Assembly: GCA_938006335.1 (NCBI GenBank) | Contig: CALLMF010000001.1 | Span: 30,253 to 94,252 of the forward strand | Length of the DNA: 64,000 nt | From: an uncultured Granulosicoccaceae bacterium | Lineage (GTDB): Bacteria; Pseudomonadota; Gammaproteobacteria; Granulosicoccales; Granulosicoccaceae | Direction of reading: 5' to 3' | Notes under the pieces: generated by a model | The model's database searches: none | Told to the model about the DNA's origin: nothing | The model's input: only the letters and a program-made list of their open reading frames with translations | Program-made: the position numbers and the translations under genes | Shown: piece by piece, positions 50,169 to 60,381 of the stretch | Position numbering within the stretch: position 1 is the stretch's first letter | Layout: each line of letters starts with the position of its first letter

Positions 50169-52049
50169 CTAGCGGTGGGAGCCGCGAAGGTCCACGACCG
50201 CTTTACGCAAGCGGTCGATCGTGAGCCCCTCGGGGACGAGAACCTCGCCGACCACCACACCGATACGCGCAAACAGCCGCCGCGGCAGCTTCAGGAAGGC
50301 GCGCCCGCCCCGACGGCTGAACAGACTTTTCCAGAGCCCCTGCAGTGCCACGGGGTACACCGGTACCGGTCGCGAATCAAGCAAGTGAAGTATGCCGGGG
50401 CGAAACTCACCGATATCTCCATCCGGGGTCAGTTTTCCCTCGGGGAACAGACACAGCAGTTCGCCTGCATCCAGCGCTGCACGCATATCGATGAATGCCT
50501 GTTCGTAGAGCTCGGCATTCTCGCGGCGTCCCGCTATCGGAATAGCACGCGCGGTCCTGAAGATGAAACTCAACACCGGGATGCGGAAGATTCCGTGATA
50601 CATCACAAAGCGCACCGGACGCCGCACCGTGCCCGCGATGATCAAGGCATCGACAAAGCTCACGTGATTGGGCGCGAGTATCGCCGCCCCCGTCTCCGGC
50701 AGGCGCTCAAGACCCGTTGGGCGCACACGGTACATGACGGTGATCAGCATCCATACCAGTAGCCGCATCAGGAACTCGGGCACCAGTGTAAAGATGTAGA
50801 TCGCGACCACGGCGGTCATCACGGCTACCACCAGAAACAGTCCGGACAGGCTCAGACCCAAGGAAAACAGCAGGATTACCAGCACCGCGGAGAGCACCAT
50901 GAACAAGGCATTCATGATGTTGTTGCAGGCAATGGTTCGCGACAAACGAGCCGGGTCTGCCCGTTGTTGGATCAAGGCATAGAGAGGCACGATATAGAGA
51001 CCACCCGAGAGTCCGATAAGCGACACGTCAATGAGAATTCGCCATGCTCCGGGAGCACCGAGAAAGCCCGTCAGCGTCATGGCCTCGCCCAGGGGTGCGG
51101 CAGGCGTTGCAAGTACGAGATCGATTCCGGCAAGCGTAAGCCCGGCTGCGCCCAGCGGCACCAGACCGATCTCGACACGACGACGCGACAACAGCGAGCA
51201 CAGCATGGAGCCAAGGCCGATGCCAACCGAGAACACCGCCAGCAGCAAGGTGAACACATTGGCGTTACCACCGAGTACATCACGCGCAAACACCGGAAAC
51301 TGAGCGAGGTAGGTGGCACCCAGAAACCAGAACCAGCTGATGCCCAGTATCGACTGAAAGATCACGCGGTCTTTGGCAGTGTCGCGCACCAGTCGCCACG
51401 TCTCCACGACAGGATTGAATCTCAAGCGCAGATCCGGTGCTGCTGCAGGCGACACGGGTATCGATCGACTCGCCCACCAACCCGCGACAGCGACACCGAT
51501 CAGTGTCAGGGACAGCGGCCACAACAGCCCTGCGGTCGCCGTGACAAGCTGGGTACCCGCGATGGTGCCAAGCAATATGGCAAGGAAGGTACCGAGCTCG
51601 ACCAGGCCATTGCCCGACACCAACTCGGTGTCGTGCAGGTGCTGGGGAAGGATGCCGTACTTGATGGGGCCGAAGAAGGTGGACTGCAGACCCATCAGAA
51701 ACAACACGCCAATCATCAGCGCGGCGCTACCGGAAGCAACAGCCAATACACCGAGGGCCATGATGCCGATCTCGAGGAGCTTGATCCGTCGAATCAGCAT
51801 CGACTTTTCGTACCGCTCTGCAACCTGCCCCGCAAACGCGGAAAACAGGAAGAACGGCAGGATGAACAGGCCCGCGGCAAGGTTGATCAGCAGCGCCTCA
51901 CCACCGGCCGCAGTGATGCCCGCGTAGGCGATGAGCGCGATGAGCGCGTTCTTGTAGACGTTGTCGTTGAATGCACCCAGCAACTGGGTCAAGAAATACG
52001 GAGCAAACCTCCGCTCACCGAGCAACCCGACCGGGGAACGTGAATTCAC
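50169..52049 (-). CDS. MFS transporter fused to a PlsC-type acyltransferase (LplT/Aas-like)
   Basis: MFS motifs GAFNDNVYK, LPFFLFS and FFGPIKY; acyltransferase motifs NHVSFVD and FPEG; start set at GTG 52049. Confidence 0.9.
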   Translation of the reverse strand: MNSRSPVGLLGERRFAPYFLTQLLGAFNDNVYKNALIALIAYAGITAAGGEALLINLAAGLFILPFFLFSAFAGQVAERYEKSMLIRRIKLLEIGIMALGVLAVASGSAALMIGVLFLMGLQSTFFGPIKYGILPQHLHDTELVSGNGLVELGTFLAILLGTIAGTQLVTATAGLLWPLSLTLIGVAVAGWWASRSIPVSPAAAPDLRLRFNPVVETWRLVRDTAKDRVIFQSILGISWFWFLGATYLAQFPVFARDVLGGNANVFTLLLAVFSVGIGLGSMLCSLLSRRRVEIGLVPLGAAGLTLAGIDLVLATPAAPLGEAMTLTGFLGAPGAWRILIDVSLIGLSGGLYIVPLYALIQQRADPARLSRTIACNNIMNALFMVLSAVLVILLFSLGLSLSGLFLVVAVMTAVVAIYIFTLVPEFLMRLLVWMLITVMYRVRPTGLERLPETGAAILAPNHVSFVDALIIAGTVRRPVRFVMYHGIFRIPVLSFIFRTARAIPIAGRRENAELYEQAFIDMRAALDAGELLCLFPEGKLTPDGDIGEFRPGILHLLDSRPVPVYPVALQGLWKSLFSRRGGRAFLKLPRRLFARIGVVVGEVLVPEGLTIDRLRKAVVDLRGSHR

Positions 52050-52203
52050 AAGCTTATGTGCGCAAGACAGGACCAGCCACAACAGTAGCTGTTACGGACC
52101 GTCAGCGTGGTCCGGCGGTCAAACGATACAGCCTAGCGCGCAGTTTCAGCCTCTACTGGCTTCGGAAAATGCGCGCTAGGTACAACCGGGTACCGAGACC
52201 CTG

Positions 52204-52416
52204 CTAGAGGGCTGTTACTTCTGACGCCTGCCAACCCTTGTCGCCTTGCGTGGCGACGAACTCGACTTGCTGACCTTCAGTCAGCGAGCGATAGCCTTCA
52301 CCGACAATGGCGCGGTAGTGCACGAATACGTCCTCGCCTTCCGGGCTGATGATGAATCCATATCCCTTGGCATTGTCAAACCATTTGACCGTGCCATTCT
52401 TTGCTTGTTCTGTCAT
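52204..52416 (-). CDS. Cold-shock domain protein (CspA/CspD family)
   Basis: Motifs GTVKWFDNAKGYGFI, DVFVHY and L.EGQQVEF. Confidence 0.95.
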   Translation of the reverse strand: MTEQAKNGTVKWFDNAKGYGFIISPEGEDVFVHYRAIVGEGYRSLTEGQQVEFVATQGDKGWQASEVTAL

Positions 52417-52581
52417 TCCGTCCTCGCCGCGGAGCATGAAAAGGAGTCGGTGGCGGCACCGATAAACCCCGCATGACTAAATTAGCATTCAGCGGCAGCC
52501 CCAGAGGAGACACTGAGGACCTTGACAAGCTTGTTCACAATCTCCGGTCTGATCGCTCTTCAAAGCGCCAGATCCGCGCGA

Positions 52582-55218
52582 TCAGCCGAGACTTTTACTC
52601 GCCTGCTCGTACACGTCAGGCGACAGGCCGCCGCTATCGAGAATACGTTGCAGCTGCGCCTTCATGGACTGAGCCGTTTGCTCATCGCGATGCTGCCAAG
52701 TCGTCAGCGGCCCGACCAGACGCGCTGCGGTCAAGGGATTGATTGCATCGGTACGTATAACCCAGTCAGCCAACCACGCATGACCGGCTCCCCCGGCTGC
52801 ATGAAAACCTGTCGGGTTAGCCGACGAAAAGCTACCCACCAGCGAGCGCAAGCGATTGGGATTGGCTGCATCGAAGTCCGGGCGCTGTGCCAATCGATCA
52901 AGATCCTCGAGTGTTGCAGAGCGACGTGACATCGCTTGCAAGGCAAACCACTTGTTGAGGACCAGCGGGTTAGCGACAAAGCGGGACTCGAAGTCTGCAA
53001 GACACTCACCGCGTTGTGACGACTCTGCATGGCACAGCACGGACAAGGCCGCTATGCGATCAGTCATTGTGGCCGCATGCGTGTAGTAGTGCGCCGCCAG
53101 CGGGACCCATGCTGCTTCATCCGCAGCGCTCAACAGGGTGAGGGCTGCCGATGCCAGGGCACGCACACCCGTCGCTCGCCCGCCAAAGCCGAACTCATCG
53201 GCATCAGGATCATCCACCAGACCTTGCGCCTGGTCCACAGCCTGTTGCACGCAGTCCTCGAGCGCTGGTCGGTGCGCATCAACAGCGGCACGCATGATCG
53301 ATTGATGCAGCGCATCCAGACGCAGCACGTCAGTTCCGGCATGCTCATCCGCCAGCAGCGACACAGACGGCAAGGTCAACATGTTTGCTGCCAGTGGACG
53401 ATCACCACCTGAAGACTCAAGCGTGGCCCCAAGGCACGCAAGCAACTCGCTCAGCGCGTCGCTTTTGTCGACGTCACCCGCCAGCCCCGCAGCGACTGCA
53501 CGATACGTGAGCGTCTGTGCGGCGTCCCAACGCGTGAAGCCATCGGGGTCATGGCGGGCAATGAAGCCGAGGGTGCGATCATCGAGATCGCGTTGCAGCC
53601 TGACCGGGGCCGAGAAGTTGCGCAGCAACGATACGACCGGGCGCTCATCGAGACCATCAATGTCGAAGGTCTGCGTGGCATGCACGAGCTCCAGCACCGT
53701 CATTTCAGCCGTTGTGATGTCCTTGCCGGATGCGTCCAGTAGCCCGAACGCGATCGGGATATGCATGGGCGGCTTGTGGGTCTGGCCGGGGGTGTCCGGG
53801 CAGTGTTGCGAGAACACAAGACTCAATCGCCCGGCGCTCGCATCCCAAACCTCTTCGCAGCGGACTTCGGGTGTGCCGGCCAGCTCGTACCAGAGACGAA
53901 ACTGCGCAAGGTCGCGACCACTCGCCGCCTCCATCGCAAGCACGAAGTCTTCACAGGTCACGGCATTACCATCATGTCTCTCGAAATACAGCGACATGCC
54001 CTTCCGCCACGCTGCATCACCGACCAGGGCATTCATCATGCGAATGACTTCAGCACCTTTCTCGTAGATCGTGGTCGTGTAGAAATTGTTGATCTCGATA
54101 TAGCTGTCTGGTCGGACCGGGTGAGCAAGCGGCCCGGCGTCTTCGGCAAACTGTGTTTGCCGCAACCGACGCACATCTTCAATCCGCTTGACCGTTGCCG
54201 AATGGTGATCAGCGGTAAAGCACTGATCGCGGTATACGGTCAGCCCTTCCTTGAGACTCAGTTGAAACCAGTCTCGGCACGTCACGCGGTTACCGGTCCA
54301 GTTGTGAAAGTACTCGTGTGCAATGACCGCCTCTACCCACAGGAAATCGGTATCGGTCGCCGTCTGTGAATCTGCCAGAACAAACCTGGAGTTGAAGACG
54401 TTGAGGCCCTTGTTCTCCATCGCCCCCATGTTGAAATCATCGACGGCGACGATCATGTAGCGATCAAGATCGTATTCGAGCCCATAGACCTGCTCGTCCC
54501 ATGACATCGAACGCTTGAGCGAGGCCATGGCAAAACCACAACGTTCGCGATTGTGCGCCTCGACGTATATCGAGAGCAGCACCTCTTTGCCCGATGCGGT
54601 AGTGAACGTATCAGCCACCTCGACCAGGTCGCCCGCGACCAGCGCAAACAGATAACCGGGCTTGGGATGCGGGTCGTGCCAACGCACCTGCCAGCGATCA
54701 TCCGCCAGCTCCGCGCTCTGCACGAGGTTGCCGTTGGAGAGCATCACCGGAGCGAGTGCGCGTGGCGCATTGATCTCGACGTCGAATACCGAAAGCACAT
54801 CCGGTCGATCTGGAAACCACGTGATCTTGCGAAAGCCTTCTGCCTCGCATTGCGTGCAGAAGGTACCGCTGGAACGGTAGAGGCCTTCAAGTGCTGTATT
54901 GGCCTCGGGATTGATCCATGCAACCGTACGAATCTCGCAACTGTCGGGAAGTGCCTGCAGGGTCAGACACGTGTCAGTCAAGGTCCAACTGTCTTCGGGC
55001 GGCACTGCGCCGTCGACCTCCAGCGATTCGAGCTTGAGCTCCTCACCATCGAGCCGCAGTGGATCATCCCCACCGGCATGCACGCGCTCGACGGCAAGCG
55101 TACAGAGCACCCGTGTACGTTGCTCGTCAAGATCGAAGGACAGGGACACACGGCTGACACGCCACGGAAACGGACGGTAGTCCTTGCGCAGAATGGTGAC
55201 CGGCTCGGAAGTTCGCAT
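52582..55218 (-). CDS. pepN: Aminopeptidase N (M1)
   Basis: Motifs TQCEAEGFR, GAMENKGLN, HEYFHNWTGNRVT and LKEGLT; start ATG 55218. Confidence 0.97.
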   Translation of the reverse strand: MRTSEPVTILRKDYRPFPWRVSRVSLSFDLDEQRTRVLCTLAVERVHAGGDDPLRLDGEELKLESLEVDGAVPPEDSWTLTDTCLTLQALPDSCEIRTVAWINPEANTALEGLYRSSGTFCTQCEAEGFRKITWFPDRPDVLSVFDVEINAPRALAPVMLSNGNLVQSAELADDRWQVRWHDPHPKPGYLFALVAGDLVEVADTFTTASGKEVLLSIYVEAHNRERCGFAMASLKRSMSWDEQVYGLEYDLDRYMIVAVDDFNMGAMENKGLNVFNSRFVLADSQTATDTDFLWVEAVIAHEYFHNWTGNRVTCRDWFQLSLKEGLTVYRDQCFTADHHSATVKRIEDVRRLRQTQFAEDAGPLAHPVRPDSYIEINNFYTTTIYEKGAEVIRMMNALVGDAAWRKGMSLYFERHDGNAVTCEDFVLAMEAASGRDLAQFRLWYELAGTPEVRCEEVWDASAGRLSLVFSQHCPDTPGQTHKPPMHIPIAFGLLDASGKDITTAEMTVLELVHATQTFDIDGLDERPVVSLLRNFSAPVRLQRDLDDRTLGFIARHDPDGFTRWDAAQTLTYRAVAAGLAGDVDKSDALSELLACLGATLESSGGDRPLAANMLTLPSVSLLADEHAGTDVLRLDALHQSIMRAAVDAHRPALEDCVQQAVDQAQGLVDDPDADEFGFGGRATGVRALASAALTLLSAADEAAWVPLAAHYYTHAATMTDRIAALSVLCHAESSQRGECLADFESRFVANPLVLNKWFALQAMSRRSATLEDLDRLAQRPDFDAANPNRLRSLVGSFSSANPTGFHAAGGAGHAWLADWVIRTDAINPLTAARLVGPLTTWQHRDEQTAQSMKAQLQRILDSGGLSPDVYEQASKSLG

Positions 55219-55315
55219 GTGAGGTATTTCGTGTAGTAGCCAGAGCTGAAGCGTCGGACTCAAGACGGTGACGTCCGCGTCCGCCACCGGGACGGTACAC
55301 GAGGACGAAAGCCCT

Positions 55316-56089
55316 ATGCGCTTGCCGCGCCTGAAGACCGTGCGCGTCCTGACATTGCTTCTGGTGCTCTGCGCCAGTGCAGGCGTCACTGCCTTTCAGC
55401 ATCACAGCTCGCGCAGCTGGACCGAAAGCCTGCAGGTATCGATCTATCCACTCAACGGTGATGGATCGGTCAAGACGGCACAGTACATCGACGCTCTCGA
55501 TCCTGAAGACTTCACCTTGATCGACCGCTGGGCGGCTCGTGAGGCAGAGCGCCACGGGCTACCATTGTCTGCGCCGGTACAGGTGGCGCTGGGCGCTCCC
55601 ATCGACACACTGCCGCCCACGCTGGACGAGAACTCGTCCGCACTGCAGACCCTGTTGTGGAGCTTGCGATTTCGTTGGTGGGCCTTTCGCCACACGCCCG
55701 ACGCACACTCGTTGAAACGAGTCCGCGTATTCGTGGTTTATCAGCAGGGAAGACCGGGCGAAGCCCTGGCTCACTCATTGGGCATGGCCAAGGGGCTGAT
55801 GGGCCTTGTCAACGCCTTTGCCGATGACCATCAACACGAACAGAATCTCATCGTGATCGCACACGAACTGCTACATACAGTGGGTGCCGAAGACAAATAC
55901 AACGCAGACGGTGGGCCGCGATGGCCCGAAGGTTATGCGGACCCGTCACTCGGTCAGCGTCGGGTACAGGAAGACGCCGAAATCATGGTGGGTCGCCGCT
56001 TTGGCCACCAGGGACTGATCATGGCGGACAGTCTGCAAGGTGTTCGACTCAATGAGTGGACTGCCAGGGAAATCAACTGGCTAGACTGA
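55316..56089 (+). CDS. Hypothetical exported or membrane-anchored zinc metallopeptidase-like protein
   Basis: N-terminal hydrophobic helix; HELLHTVGAED (HExxHxxGxxD) and downstream EIMVG. Confidence 0.6.
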   Translation: MRLPRLKTVRVLTLLLVLCASAGVTAFQHHSSRSWTESLQVSIYPLNGDGSVKTAQYIDALDPEDFTLIDRWAAREAERHGLPLSAPVQVALGAPIDTLPPTLDENSSALQTLLWSLRFRWWAFRHTPDAHSLKRVRVFVVYQQGRPGEALAHSLGMAKGLMGLVNAFADDHQHEQNLIVIAHELLHTVGAEDKYNADGGPRWPEGYADPSLGQRRVQEDAEIMVGRRFGHQGLIMADSLQGVRLNEWTAREINWLD

Positions 56090-56180
56090 AGCCACCGGAT
56101 TCAACTCACCCACCCCACGGATTACCGACATCGATCCCGCCGCCTCAACGCTCAACGCATCTGCTCTTGCAGGCGCGGCC

Positions 56181-57698
56181 GTGTTGCTGTCTGTCGCGCT
56201 GCTGGCGATGACGGTGTTCCTCGCCCCACGTCTGATCGCCTCTCTGCCCAGTGACTACTTCACGCGCAAGGCGACACCCATGCGAGCCGGCGTGCTACCT
56301 CGGCTGATCTCGATTCTCCTGAGTGCGGTCGGCATCGTGCTGGTGGCTGTGGGCGTCATCATGTTCGTGACGCCGGGCCCGGGCCTGGTGGTCTTGCTGC
56401 TGGGCCTGTCACTGGTTCGGTTTCCGGGCAAGCAAAAGCTGATACTGCGCATCCTTGCCCAACCCGGTGTACTCGCTGCGCTCAACTGGATGCGCCGGCG
56501 CCACCACCGCCCACCCTTCGTGACAAGCGAGCGGCCATCCTCAACCGAGACGCGACTGATCCCGGTGCTGTTGTGCATTGGCGTATTGGCCAGCAGCCCA
56601 CCGTCACCGGCCGAAGCACAGTCGGCGGTCGGTGCGATTACCAGCGACGAGGTGGAACAGCGCATTGCAGCCACCAACGAACGGCTCGAAGCGCTTGACA
56701 GAGAACTTGCCCGCACCCGCGCCGAACGCGAGCGACTTCGCAACCAACTCGATCGCGCCGATGCTGCAGCCGACGAGCGACAGAGCCGCATTTCCAGCCT
56801 CGATCAGGATATCGCTCGCTTCGAATCGACACTGGACTCGCTGGAGGCCCGCATCTCCGACGAGCGTGCAACGCTTGCAGCCCGGCAGCAACGCATCATC
56901 GATACGGTGCGACGTGCCTACGCGGCCGAGGATGCCAATCCCGTGGCCGTCTTGCTGGCTCATGAAGACCCGGCCATGGCAGACCGTCTATCGGTCTGGA
57001 CCGGATACGTACTGCGCGCGCGACGCGCCGACGTCGACTATCAGCGTGCTGCCATCGAACGCATCGAGCGGGCGCACGAGGCCGCACTGAAGGACCGGAA
57101 CTGGCTGGAGCACATTCGTCGCAAAGCGACCCGACAGCGCGATGGCCAGATCGCAGCTGCCACGGAATCTCGCGAGGGCATCACCTCTGTCGAGGCGAAG
57201 ATTACCGAGACGACCCGTAGCGTCGAAACACTGCGCGCCGACGGGGAGCGCCTGGGCACGCTGCTGGACGAGCTACGCGCTGCAGAAGCCAACCGATCGG
57301 GTTATTTCGAAAACGGCAAGGGGAGCTGGAAAAGACCCGTGGAGGGACGCCTGGATGCACGCTTTGGCGACGTCAAATCGGTCGGCAAACTGCAGTGGGA
57401 AGGTCTCTACATTCGTGCCGAGGCGGGCAGTCCGGTGACGGCGATAGCCGACGGAGAAGTGGTCTACAGTGACTGGCTGCGCGGTTTTGGCGAGCTCGTC
57501 ATCCTCGATCACGGTGACAATTACATGACCCTGTACGGCGGCAACCGTGATCGCCGGGTCATCATGGGCGATTGGGCCGAAGCCGGTGCGACAATTGCAA
57601 CTGTTGGGGACACGGGTGGTCAGAGCGCCAGTGGACTGTATTTCGAGATTCGACAGGACGCGAGACCTGTTGATCCGGCGTTATGGCTGGATCTGTAA
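56181..57698 (+). CDS. envC: PGPGW-type membrane domain fused in frame to murein hydrolase activator EnvC
   Basis: N-terminal LPSDYF...TPGPG membrane module, then a signal-like segment from GTG 56520, a long coiled coil and a degenerate M23 domain (WEGLYI, LYGGN); lies upstream of ctpA. Confidence 0.75.
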   Translation: MLLSVALLAMTVFLAPRLIASLPSDYFTRKATPMRAGVLPRLISILLSAVGIVLVAVGVIMFVTPGPGLVVLLLGLSLVRFPGKQKLILRILAQPGVLAALNWMRRRHHRPPFVTSERPSSTETRLIPVLLCIGVLASSPPSPAEAQSAVGAITSDEVEQRIAATNERLEALDRELARTRAERERLRNQLDRADAAADERQSRISSLDQDIARFESTLDSLEARISDERATLAARQQRIIDTVRRAYAAEDANPVAVLLAHEDPAMADRLSVWTGYVLRARRADVDYQRAAIERIERAHEAALKDRNWLEHIRRKATRQRDGQIAAATESREGITSVEAKITETTRSVETLRADGERLGTLLDELRAAEANRSGYFENGKGSWKRPVEGRLDARFGDVKSVGKLQWEGLYIRAEAGSPVTAIADGEVVYSDWLRGFGELVILDHGDNYMTLYGGNRDRRVIMGDWAEAGATIATVGDTGGQSASGLYFEIRQDARPVDPALWLDL

Positions 57699-57879
57699 GA
57701 AGTGGCACGGTAAGAATCTGCGAAGCGCATCACGCGGTGCGTAGCGTATAACTAGGGGCTCCGGGCCAATTCCGGGGTGTTTTTACTCAGGTTGTACGGC
57801 CTTATGGCCGTCGACCGGATGGTAAGGATCGAAGTACGACCGGCACCCCACGGCCGCCGGCGCAAATGGGAGTGAATTG

Positions 57880-59202
57880 ATGACCGCGAAGACCCGTTCG
57901 GCAACGCTGGTGCTTGCAGGCACTGTGATTGGTGTCTCACTGACACTCGGCACCGCAGTGATGGGCGCGCGCACGGCCAACGAGCTTCCGCTCGAGCAGA
58001 TGCGCACATTCACCGATGTCTTTTCGCGCATCAAGAGTGACTACGTCGAGGAAGTGTCCGACGACGAACTTCTCGAGTACGCCATCCGCGGCATGCTCAA
58101 CGGCCTGGATCCGCATTCGGCCTATCTCAACACTGAAGAATTCAACGAACTCCGCATTGGCACGACCGGCGAGTTCGGTGGCCTCGGTATCGAAGTCGGC
58201 ATGGAAGACGGTTTCGTCAAGGTGGTCTCACCGATTGACGACACCCCGGCCGCTCGCGCCGGCATGCAGTCCGGCGACCTGATCATTCGGCTCGATGACA
58301 CGCCGGTCAAGGGCCTGTCACTGAATGACGCCGTCAAGCTGATGCGCGGCAAGCCCGGCAGCATCCTGACCCTCACCGTCATCCGGGAGGGCGAGGATCG
58401 TCCGCTGTCCATCGACATCGAGCGCGACATCATCAAGGTGACCAGCGTGCGCAATCGCATGCTCGATGACGGTTACGGCTATGTGCGCATTTCCAACTTC
58501 CAGACCAAGACCACGGCCGACATGCTGAAGGCCATTCGCTCACTCAAGGAAGAAGCCGGCGGCAGTCTCGACGGTCTCGTTCTCGATCTGCGTAACAATC
58601 CCGGCGGCGTATTGTCCGGTGCCGTTGGCGTGTCGGACGCGTTCCTGAACGAAGGCAACATCGTCTACACCGATGGCCGTGAAGACGACTCCAAGCTGCG
58701 TTACGACGCAACCAATGGCGACATCCTCGACGGTGGCCCGCTGGTGGTACTCGTCAATGGTGGCTCTGCCTCGGCCAGCGAGATCGTGGCCGGCGCCATG
58801 CAGGACCACGGTCGTGCCGTCGTACTCGGCACCAAGACCTTCGGCAAGGGTTCGGTGCAGACCATTCAGGATCTGCCCGCGGGCGGTGCTGTCAAATTGA
58901 CCACCTCACGCTACTACACCCCCGGCGGCCGATCGATCCAGGCTCTCGGTATCGAGCCGGACATCACGACCCAACCGGGTCTGTGGAACCGCCCTGACGA
59001 AGACGAGGACGCCTACACCCCGCTGTCTGAATCCAGCCTGCGCGGCAGCCTCGTGAACGACACTCTGAACGAGGAAGAGCCCACCAGCGAGGAAGCTTCG
59101 GAAGACGAGGAAAACGCGCCGGACGAGCTGGTCTACGACGACTACCAACTCTACGAAGCACTCAACCTGTTGCGTGGTCTCTCGATTCTCAGCAGCAACT
59201 GA
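57880..59202 (+). CDS. ctpA: Carboxy-terminal processing protease (S41)
   Basis: Motifs LDPHSAY, PDZ GEFGGLGIEV, DLRNNPGG, catalytic SASASEI and TFGKGSVQ. Confidence 0.95.
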   Translation: MTAKTRSATLVLAGTVIGVSLTLGTAVMGARTANELPLEQMRTFTDVFSRIKSDYVEEVSDDELLEYAIRGMLNGLDPHSAYLNTEEFNELRIGTTGEFGGLGIEVGMEDGFVKVVSPIDDTPAARAGMQSGDLIIRLDDTPVKGLSLNDAVKLMRGKPGSILTLTVIREGEDRPLSIDIERDIIKVTSVRNRMLDDGYGYVRISNFQTKTTADMLKAIRSLKEEAGGSLDGLVLDLRNNPGGVLSGAVGVSDAFLNEGNIVYTDGREDDSKLRYDATNGDILDGGPLVVLVNGGSASASEIVAGAMQDHGRAVVLGTKTFGKGSVQTIQDLPAGGAVKLTTSRYYTPGGRSIQALGIEPDITTQPGLWNRPDEDEDAYTPLSESSLRGSLVNDTLNEEEPTSEEASEDEENAPDELVYDDYQLYEALNLLRGLSILSSN

Positions 59203-59226
59203 TCATCTCGTGGTGACGCAGTAGCT

Positions 59227-59262
59227 CGAAGGCAGGCAGCTCTTGAGAGTGGCCTGCCTTCG
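59227..59262. terminator. Bidirectional terminator-like hairpin between convergent ctpA and the FAH-family gene
   Basis: CGAAGGCAGGC...GCCTGCCTTCG 11-bp perfect stem. Confidence 0.7.
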
Positions 59263-59268
59263 CTGTTC

Positions 59269-60129
59269 TCAGGCCTCGGCAGCGCGCACTCGTTGCGTTT
59301 GCTCGCCCAGCTTGTCGATTCCCAAGGTCATGACTTCCCCGCCCTTGAGGTATACCGGCGGCTTCTGACCCATGCCCACGCCAGGCGGGGTGCCGGTCGA
59401 GATGACATCTCCCGGCTGCAGAGACATGAACTGCGAGCAGTAGGAGATCAGGTGCGGCACCTTGAAGTGCATCGTGGATGTTGATCCATCCTGATAGCGA
59501 TGCCCATCGACTTCGCACCACATCGCGAGTGCGTCGTGGTCGCCGACCTCGTCCGGTGTCACCAACCAGGGCCCGATTGGCCCGAAGGTGTCACAGCCCT
59601 TGCCCTTGTCCCAGGTGCCTGCCCGGTGAATCTGGAAGTCTCGTTCGGACACATCATTGACAACGCAGAAGCCCGCCACATGCGATAGCGCGTCAGATTC
59701 TTCGATGTAGCTGCCGCCCTTGCCGATGACAATGCCAAGCTCGACTTCCCAGTCTGTCTTACTTGATCCACGCGGAATCTGTACATCGTCGTCGGGGCCG
59801 ACGACCGCCGATGTCCACTTGTTGAAGATGACAGGCTCCGGCGGAAGTTCCAGGCCGCTCTCGGCCGCGTGGTCCGCGTAATTCAGTCCAATGCAGATGA
59901 ACTTGCCGATACCCATGACGCAGGGCCCCAGCCGCAGATCCTTCTGAGGCTCTCCAGCCACTACAGGAAAATCCGCTGGGTCGCGTGCCGCAAGCTTCGC
60001 CAGGTGCTCCGGCAGCAGGGCATCACCTGCGACCGCCGCGATCTCGCCAGACAGATCACGAACGTGTCCATCGGCATCGAGAAAACCTGGTTTTTCTTGT
60101 CCGGCCGGACCGTAATGGAGGAATTTCAT
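59269..60129 (-). CDS. Fumarylacetoacetate hydrolase (FAH) family protein
   Basis: Motifs KFICIGLNY.DH, DWEVELG, NDVSERD, KGCDTF and STGTPPGVG. Confidence 0.92.
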   Translation of the reverse strand: MKFLHYGPAGQEKPGFLDADGHVRDLSGEIAAVAGDALLPEHLAKLAARDPADFPVVAGEPQKDLRLGPCVMGIGKFICIGLNYADHAAESGLELPPEPVIFNKWTSAVVGPDDDVQIPRGSSKTDWEVELGIVIGKGGSYIEESDALSHVAGFCVVNDVSERDFQIHRAGTWDKGKGCDTFGPIGPWLVTPDEVGDHDALAMWCEVDGHRYQDGSTSTMHFKVPHLISYCSQFMSLQPGDVISTGTPPGVGMGQKPPVYLKGGEVMTLGIDKLGEQTQRVRAAEA

Positions 60130-60171
60130 ACCGCTGATTTCGCTGAATTGGAAGGGTGAATGTCAAGCAGG

Positions 60172-60183
60172 CTGGTCGACCAG
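60172..60183. promoter_or_regulatory. Candidate FadR-subfamily GntR operator
   Basis: Perfect palindrome CTGGTCGACCAG (TGGT-N2-ACCA) about 43 nt upstream of the FAH start, next to a minus-strand TTGACA at 60161-60166. Confidence 0.4.
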
Positions 60184-60381
60184 AAATCCGTTGGACCGCA
60201 CTGCGCCGGGCTCCACGATACAGCAGAGACATTCGACAGATCACCTCCGGACCCGTACTTCGCCGCCGCCCTGACACCGATTCGTTGACGTGCAAGACAA
60301 ATATCGATATTTTTATCGCAACACATCCGAAGACCTCATCATGGTTTTGATCGTGACTGAAGGCTCGCTGCGATTGCCGGA

